Source of the DNA: a virus
Virus record (IMG/VR): IMGVR_UViG_3300018481_000009
Coordinates: 1 to 49,882 of that record
Length of the DNA: 49,882 nucleotides
Direction: 5' to 3' (one strand)
Position 1 is the first letter of the stretch; each line of letters starts with the position of its first letter. Shown one piece after another: positions 44,667-49,882 of this stretch. Both the position numbers and the translations under genes were made by a program. Under the pieces are notes generated by a model that saw nothing but the letters and a program-made list of their open reading frames with translations, searched no databases and was not told where the DNA came from.

Positions 44667-44846
44667 CTACTGTGACGGGTACTGCGGCTTGCCCGCCCAC
44701 TGTTCTGCGGCGGCTAGGAGTGCGTCCTGTGGAGTCTGGCCGAGCCCGGATGCGAGTGTCCCTGCCTGTGTGGATACCACCTCCGCCTGATAGCGGCCCA
44801 TGCTAGCGGGCTTGAAGATGACACCGAGATTGGTGACGTCCATCAT
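44667..44846 (-). CDS. 59-aa hypothetical protein
   Basis: AAGGAGGA RBS; ATGA overlap; just below the ORF-track cutoff. Confidence 0.6.
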   Translation of the reverse strand: MMDVTNLGVIFKPASMGRYQAEVVSTQAGTLASGLGQTPQDALLAAAEQWAGKPQYPSQ

Positions 44847-45061
44847 TCCTCCTTGTTCATGGCGTACAGGTAAACGGCGGTGACGACCAGGATGAGTTCC
44901 TTGTCGTTGTAGCTGACCTTCATGCCCTTGGCCTCCACAGGGTTGGCCTGGGTGCCTTCCACGAATTGGAGGAACGGCAGGAACTCGGGGGCACGTTCCT
45001 CGATCGCGGTCTGTACTTCATCCATTGCACTTGCCATCGTCTTGACTACCTTTCGTCGCAT
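44843..45061 (-). CDS. hypothetical protein
   Basis: ATG 45061 is preceded by GAAGGAA; the longer start has no RBS. Confidence 0.55.
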   Translation of the reverse strand: MRRKVVKTMASAMDEVQTAIEERAPEFLPFLQFVEGTQANPVEAKGMKVSYNDKELILVVTAVYLYAMNKEE

Positions 45062-45144
45062 GGTTCCTTCGTTTGTTGCATAGGCACACAAGAGAGGCCG
45101 GCCGAAGCCGACCCCTCTCGTGCTCTCCGGTTCTCGGACGGAGT

Positions 45145-46110
45145 TTACTCGTCGCCGTACTCCTTGGCGATCAGCTTGGCGAGCTTCTTGAACTGGGGCG
45201 AGCCGGTGGACTTCCAGTAGTACCGGCCGTGCTCCTCGTTCTTCTCGACCTCGTTCTTGCGGAGGTAGACCCGGACGTCCCGTCCGTCGATGTCCATGTC
45301 CGCGATCTCGGAAGCTGCCTCGGCGAGTTCGGCGGTGCCGACCCCTCCGGTGAGTTCCTTCGTGGAGCGGCCGGCGGCGGAGGCGCCCTTCTTCGTGCCC
45401 TTGCCGTTGCTCTTGGCCGACTTCACCGAGGACTTCGAGCGGGTCCGACGCTTCTTGGGCGCGGGCTCCTCCTCTTCGTCCTCATCGTCCTCGTCCTCCT
45501 CCTCGTCGTCCTCCTCCTCGACGACCGCCTTCTTGCGGGTGCGCTTCCTGGTCGTCGTCTTGGCGGCCGACTTCTTGCGTCGGCGAGGCTTCTCCTCGAC
45601 CTCGTCTTCGTCCTCCTCGACGTCCGGCTCCTCTTCGTCAAGCTCCTCGAGGCCTTCCAGCTCGTCGATCTCGTCCTCGGGCTCCTTGACGGCTGCCTTC
45701 TTGCGTGCCATAAAGTCAGCACTCTCCTTGCTGTTCATTGGTAGTTTGTAGACTCGTTGGAGGGTGAACTTCTTCCTCCCGCGTCCAGCGACGCGTAGTG
45801 TCTTCTTCTTTGGCGGTTTGAGTGTGGTTTGGGTAAAAACCTCCGTCGTGCCGTTCAGGTAGATGGCGAACCACTTGTATCTTATCACCTGTGGAGAGCT
45901 GCTCGCCCCTAGCCTCCTCATCACCCTCAACTCGTTGTGCGTAAGGGGGACGGTGATATGTTGGTGAACTCCTCTAAGTTGCCAGGCCTTGAACACCTTG
46001 TCGTGCAGACCTCTGAGGAGCGGGCCCTCGTGTCGGCGAAGTCTCTCCAGTGTGTGGTGAGCTTCGTACTTGTCGAGAGTGACCGACGCGGCTAATCTTC
46101 CATATGGCAT
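45145..46110 (-). CDS. highly charged protein with alternating acidic/basic tracts and a C-terminal paralog-C domain
   Basis: first gene of the leftward block; the C-terminus resembles the domain at 35413 and 39162. Confidence 0.65.
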   Translation of the reverse strand: MPYGRLAASVTLDKYEAHHTLERLRRHEGPLLRGLHDKVFKAWQLRGVHQHITVPLTHNELRVMRRLGASSSPQVIRYKWFAIYLNGTTEVFTQTTLKPPKKKTLRVAGRGRKKFTLQRVYKLPMNSKESADFMARKKAAVKEPEDEIDELEGLEELDEEEPDVEEDEDEVEEKPRRRKKSAAKTTTRKRTRKKAVVEEEDDEEEDEDDEDEEEEPAPKKRRTRSKSSVKSAKSNGKGTKKGASAAGRSTKELTGGVGTAELAEAASEIADMDIDGRDVRVYLRKNEVEKNEEHGRYYWKSTGSPQFKKLAKLIAKEYGDE

Positions 46111-46299
46111 GAGCTCCTTGGTGGCTGAGAACCGGATTAGACCTACCTACCCAACTATACTCTACACAGGGCTAATTGTCCAGTGCTGGAGAAAACACCT
46201 GTAAAAGGATACAAATAGCCCTACGACAGGAGAGTGGTGAAGACCAATGAAGTATACTCAAGGGAGAGGCTAAGGCTATACGCCAAATGAAAGGAACAA
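46111..46299. promoter_or_regulatory. divergent intergenic control region
   Basis: 189 nt non-coding; TATACT hexamers at 46156-46161 and 46253-46258 (+); the same hexamer occurs on the minus strand at 43155-43160 upstream of the primase gene. Confidence 0.45.
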
Positions 46300-46542
46300 A
46301 TGCCAGAAGCACAAGAGCCGGGGTCGGACCCGGGTGGCATGGACAACGTCGGTGGAGTGGAAGGAGTGATGTTGGAGATTGACGCAGCATCGTCAGACCT
46401 CGGCGATTTCATCCGGTGGATCGCCCGAGCAGCGGACGAGGACCCGAAGGTGGCGGAAGACTTCACAACGACTGTAGCACACGTCTACAGTTACTGCCGC
46501 GCGAAGAACGAGCAAGGAATAGAGGACGGTGCGGATGGCTAG
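46300..46542 (+). CDS. acidic hypothetical protein
   Basis: GAAAGGA before the ATG. Confidence 0.55.
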   Translation: MPEAQEPGSDPGGMDNVGGVEGVMLEIDAASSDLGDFIRWIARAADEDPKVAEDFTTTVAHVYSYCRAKNEQGIEDGADG

Positions 46543-46726
46543 AGTGGTACAAGAGCACATGGCTACAGACCCGAGGAACAACGAGGAGCGCGAGCAGCTC
46601 ATGCGAGCACTACTCCCTTGGGCGAGAACCTCTGTGGAAAAACAGGCCGACGCGAAGGTGGCCAGCGCGAAGCGGAGAAAGAAGTCGCCTGGTAGTCACA
46701 CCAGGAAGGGGATGCCCGTCGGATGA
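46529..46726 (+). CDS. hypothetical protein (start uncertain; ATG 46559 possible)
   Basis: ORF only. Confidence 0.45.
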   Translation: MRMARVVQEHMATDPRNNEEREQLMRALLPWARTSVEKQADAKVASAKRRKKSPGSHTRKGMPVG

Positions 46727-47346
46727 TGGGGACTGCCAACGCGGCAGAGCGGGCAAGGTGGGAGGTCTTGTGGATCAAGGATCGAAAGATCCACCGCAAG
46801 GACTGTGGCACCGACTTGACTGAGGGCATCCGCCTCTACATGATGCTGAAAGGCAAGAGGTCGGGAGTCACGCTCCGCTGCAAGAACTTCGGGAGTCCGC
46901 CCCCGCTGAAGCTCCAGTCTCGAGTCATCCACTACAAGGTGCTGGAGAGGCTGGACAAGCCGAAGATCGTCAGGCGCAAGGGGAAGCGCTATCGGAAGAC
47001 GCACGAGGTCGTCATCAAACGTGGCCTCTACGTCCCGATGAAGAAGAAGAACAGGGACGGCATCTGGTGGTGTCCATACTGCCGGGAGTTACGGCGGTTC
47101 GTGAAGAAGAAGTACATCGAGGTGGAACTCACACCAGGAGGACGGACCACCCAAATCCACGAGCCCGGCATGTACTGCCCTATGTGCGGCGTTAGCCACA
47201 GGGACCACTCGGTCAGGAAGTGGAATCCGATCGCCGTCAAGGTGTTCTACGAGATGGAAGCCACCCGCGAACGAGCCCCAGCTCGGACGGCCCAGTCCCG
47301 ACGGACTGCCAGGCGGCGGCGGAAGAGGCGAGAGAATGGCCGGTGA
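46723..47346 (+). CDS. zinc-ribbon protein with Arg-rich tail
   Basis: CPYC...CPMC; ATGA coupling. Confidence 0.6.
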   Translation: MMGTANAAERARWEVLWIKDRKIHRKDCGTDLTEGIRLYMMLKGKRSGVTLRCKNFGSPPPLKLQSRVIHYKVLERLDKPKIVRRKGKRYRKTHEVVIKRGLYVPMKKKNRDGIWWCPYCRELRRFVKKKYIEVELTPGGRTTQIHEPGMYCPMCGVSHRDHSVRKWNPIAVKVFYEMEATRERAPARTAQSRRTARRRRKRRENGR

Positions 47347-47443
47347 CTACTGTCGAAAGTGCAAGCGAATCCTCCTGTGGGTATCAGGCAACAAAGTCTG
47401 TGTCATCAAGACCTGCACCGAGTACGGGAAGGTGGTGAAATGA
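47336..47443 (+). CDS. 35-aa zinc-ribbon peptide (MAGDYCRKCKRILLWVSGNKVCVIKTCTEYGKVVK)
   Basis: CxxC...CxxxxC; its TGA overlaps the next ATG. Confidence 0.45.
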   Translation: MAGDYCRKCKRILLWVSGNKVCVIKTCTEYGKVVK

Positions 47444-47805
47444 CAGAGTCCCACCCCTACGTGATCCACGTACGTCGTGGGGAAGGACGCCTGAACTATC
47501 GCATGACAACGTGGGAGTTGATCGCCAACCGGGTGTCAGAGATGGCTTGGAAATCGGCGACCGACTTCATCTACCTACAACACACGCGACCGGACGCAGC
47601 TCCGTTGATTGACACGCGGAGTATCCGTCCGATGATGCTCAAGCTACCACACCGCGACTTCCCTCTGTTGGGTACGCTCAGTTTACTCCGAGCATTCCAA
47701 GAGGAGTGGAAAGAGATGGACGCAGTGGAGATTGGGGGTGAGGGGGCATTGTCCCCCGACATGAGCAGGGCCAGAGTAGTTATCGTTGATCTAGTTGATG
47801 GATAG
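47440..47805 (+). CDS. hypothetical protein
   Basis: GGGAAGGTGG RBS before ATG 47440. Confidence 0.6.
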   Translation: MTESHPYVIHVRRGEGRLNYRMTTWELIANRVSEMAWKSATDFIYLQHTRPDAAPLIDTRSIRPMMLKLPHRDFPLLGTLSLLRAFQEEWKEMDAVEIGGEGALSPDMSRARVVIVDLVDG

Positions 47806-47813
47806 GAGACCGA

Positions 47814-48011
47814 ATGGCCACGAAGACAAGCACCAAGAAGGTCGTCGTCATGATGGACCGGGAGCGCGCCACCAAGAACAAGCAGCGCTTCGAGGAGAGG
47901 GACCGAGACAGCAAGGAGTGCATCGGCATCCTCTACGCCGACAAGAAGAACATCGACGAGGTGCTCGGCGAGCCGGACAGCCTCAAGATCACCATCGAGG
48001 CCGGAGACTAG
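47814..48011 (+). CDS. hypothetical protein
   Basis: TAGGAG RBS. Confidence 0.6.
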   Translation: MATKTSTKKVVVMMDRERATKNKQRFEERDRDSKECIGILYADKKNIDEVLGEPDSLKITIEAGD

Positions 48012-48122
48012 GTGGAAGCGAGTACCGTCGTCGACATGATCCAGCTAGCGACCAACATCGCCTGGTTCCTCGTCATCGTCCTGTTCCTCTACATCATCTA
48101 CACCGCGAGGAGAGTGAAGTGA
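48012..48122 (+). CDS. small TM peptide (..IQLATNIAWFLVIVLFLYIIYTARRVK)
   Basis: GTG after the upstream TAG (or ATG 48036); its stop overlaps the next GTG. Confidence 0.4.
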   Translation: MEASTVVDMIQLATNIAWFLVIVLFLYIIYTARRVK

Positions 48123-48535
48123 CCGTCATCCTAGCAATGCTGGCGCTGGCAACAGCCCCGGAGGAGTACAAGCCGCACTACCGCTTCTGCAACACCAGGG
48201 CCTGCGACCAGCGGGTCCACGCCATCCGCAACCGCAGGAAGGTCCAGGCGAGACACAAGGCCCAGGTCAGAGCCGAGAGGCACGACGCCAAGAGGCGCAA
48301 GGTCGTCAGGCCGTACCGAGCCTGGTTGGCATCCACCAGACGCTGCGAATCCGGCGGCCGCTACCACATAGCCACAGGTAACGGGTTCTACGGCGCCTAC
48401 CAGTTCACCGTGAGCAGCTGGTACGCAGCAGGAGGACGGGGGATGCCACACCTCAACCCGCCGTTGGAGCAGGACTACAGGGCCGTCCGACTCCTACACA
48501 TCCAAGGCCGCGGAGCCTGGCCCAACTGTGGGTAA
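48119..48535 (+). CDS. resuscitation-promoting-factor (Rpf)-like transglycosylase with N-terminal hydrophobic anchor
   Basis: CESGGRYHIATGNGFYGAYQFTVSSWYAAGGRGMPH...EQ...GRGAWPNCG closely matches the remembered Rpf domain. Confidence 0.8.
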   Translation: MTVILAMLALATAPEEYKPHYRFCNTRACDQRVHAIRNRRKVQARHKAQVRAERHDAKRRKVVRPYRAWLASTRRCESGGRYHIATGNGFYGAYQFTVSSWYAAGGRGMPHLNPPLEQDYRAVRLLHIQGRGAWPNCG

Positions 48536-48550
48536 TCTACCGGGAGAACA

Positions 48551-49156
48551 ATGAGCGACGCCCAAGACAGTCTCCACGCCAGCAGGATCACTGACCACCC
48601 CTTCATGCCACCGAGCAGAGAGGAGTGGTATCGACCGTGCAAGGTCTGCAGGATGGCAGAGGCAGCCCACAGGGAGTCCACCTTGTACGACCCAGCCCGA
48701 CAGGTCAAAACGCTCTTGCACATGACCTACCTGGACCAGCACTTGGAGAAACGCGACTTCGCCCTAGGAGGCTCAGCCGTGCTCGCCCTACGGGGCATGC
48801 GGCCTATCCGGGACCTCGACATATACGTCACTCCGTTCTTCTACAGGCACGTCTTCAAGTCGGACAAGGGGTGGGTGGAGTGGGACCCCGACCCTAACGA
48901 CCCCATTGGCCACTCGAAGATGCCACAGCTCGTGAAGGTAGTCAACCACATCACCTGCACGATGGCAAGGGAGTGGAAGCACGGAGGCTACCCCAAGCGC
49001 ATCGACGTACAGGACTCCATCGGGGACCCGGAGTTCGTACAGGGCATCCCGTGCATCCCATTGCACATCGTCTACGAGTGGAAGAAGTCTGTCGGCCGAC
49101 CAAAGGACATCCAAGACGTGGAAATGATCGACAAGTGGAGGGAGACGCATGGCTAG
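48551..49156 (+). CDS. nucleotidyltransferase-fold protein
   Basis: GGSAVLALRGMRPIRDLDIYV (GS...DxD) and C-terminal GRPKDIQDVEMI. Confidence 0.55.
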   Translation: MSDAQDSLHASRITDHPFMPPSREEWYRPCKVCRMAEAAHRESTLYDPARQVKTLLHMTYLDQHLEKRDFALGGSAVLALRGMRPIRDLDIYVTPFFYRHVFKSDKGWVEWDPDPNDPIGHSKMPQLVKVVNHITCTMAREWKHGGYPKRIDVQDSIGDPEFVQGIPCIPLHIVYEWKKSVGRPKDIQDVEMIDKWRETHG

Positions 49157-49703
49157 GTTCGTTTCGATAGACATCGAGACCGGGGGATTAGACCCACAGA
49201 GGCATCCGATCACTGAGGTGGGGATGGTGATCGAGGACATGAACCACGGTATCAGTAAGGTCGAGTTCTCGTTGCCATTCGACCCCGCGGACTGTGACCC
49301 CGTGGCCCTCGAGGTTCAGGGGTGGGGCAAGCGCGACCTACCCAAGCGGTGGGAACCACCGAGAGCGGCCGGCTTCATCCACGAGTCCACGAGGGACGCT
49401 CACATCGTTGGGAAGAACCCGTGGTTCGACGCCAGCTTCCTCGAGGTGTTCCTGAAGATGTACGACCTCACCCCGCCATGGCACCACCGCCTAGTGGATG
49501 TGGGGTCGCTGGCCTGGGGGTGGTACAACGGAGTCGAGGACTGCATGACATCAACAATCACGGGGAGTCACCAAGTGGACCCGCCGAACTCGGTCAGAGT
49601 CGGGGAGCTGGTAGGCATCTTCATGAACCCCGACGCGAGGCACGCAGCCATGTACGACGCGGAGTGGGCCTACGACGTCTTCAGCAAGATCGTGCCCCGA
49701 TGA
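49149..49703 (+). CDS. DEDDh (DnaQ-like) 3'-5' exonuclease
   Basis: SIDIETGG (ExoI), NPWFDASFL (ExoII), HAAMYDAE (ExoIII). Confidence 0.8.
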   Translation: MARFVSIDIETGGLDPQRHPITEVGMVIEDMNHGISKVEFSLPFDPADCDPVALEVQGWGKRDLPKRWEPPRAAGFIHESTRDAHIVGKNPWFDASFLEVFLKMYDLTPPWHHRLVDVGSLAWGWYNGVEDCMTSTITGSHQVDPPNSVRVGELVGIFMNPDARHAAMYDAEWAYDVFSKIVPR

Positions 49704-49882
49704 AGGTCTACGTCGCAGCCTCCAGCCAGCACGCCACCCAGGCCGCCCGGTTCATGCGAGAGATTCGCCAGGCCGGCCATGAAATCACGTACGACTGGAC
49801 AGTGGATGTCCTCAAGTTCGGGGCCGGTGACCCCAAGGAAGTGCCAGAAGACGTCATGAGGAAGGCCGCAGAGAACGACAGA
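49700..49882 (+). CDS. 5' part of wrap-around gene: nucleoside 2-deoxyribosyltransferase-like protein (continues at 124-369)
   Basis: ATGA overlap with the stop of the upstream exonuclease gene; MKVYVAASSQ N-terminus typical of the NDT/Rcl fold. Confidence 0.65.
   Translation, partial: MKVYVAASSQHATQAARFMREIRQAGHEITYDWTVDVLKFGAGDPKEVPEDVMRKAAENDR
49760..49882. repeat. second copy of the 123-bp terminal repeat
   Basis: identical to 1-123. Confidence 0.9.

Noticed and set aside
45073-45751. 223-aa and 153-aa plus-strand ORFs (poly-Leu, poly-Ser)
   Set aside because: They are antisense or alternative frames of the charged 321-aa gene's GAG/GAC/AAG repeats.

Overview
The window is a complete, high-GC, actinobacteriophage-like siphovirus genome. 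Bases 1-123 are identical to 49760-49882, so the unit length is 49759 bp and one gene runs across the junction. There are four transcription blocks. (1) A rightward replication and nucleotide-metabolism block (46300 -> wrap -> 11338) carries an Rpf-like transglycosylase, NTase-fold protein, DEDDh exonuclease, deoxyribosyltransferase-like protein, SNF2 helicase, Tmk-like kinase, MazG, two tandem ThyA-fold paralogs, dCMP deaminase, a UDG4-PolA fusion, Cas4-like nuclease, Sak4-like ATPase, DUF669-like SSB, VRR-NUC and mIHF-like protein. (2) A leftward, translationally coupled late operon (35040 -> 11359) runs from terminase to tail fibres, an M15 endolysin and a secreted collagen-like protein. 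(3) A rightward operon of small genes spans 35413-40602. (4) A leftward block (46110 -> 40591) carries a primase-helicase and an HTH regulator. No integrase, CRISPR array or full-length tRNA was found. The most unusual signals are: three 42-44 nt tRNA-like acceptor/T-arm minihelices between early cistrons, two of them at junctions where the downstream ORF has no canonical start; the 7-mer CCACAGG/CCTGTGG, about five-fold over-represented with a top-strand bias; and a pyrimidine-modification-type gene module. All calls rest on reading the sequence and remembered family motifs; no searches were run.
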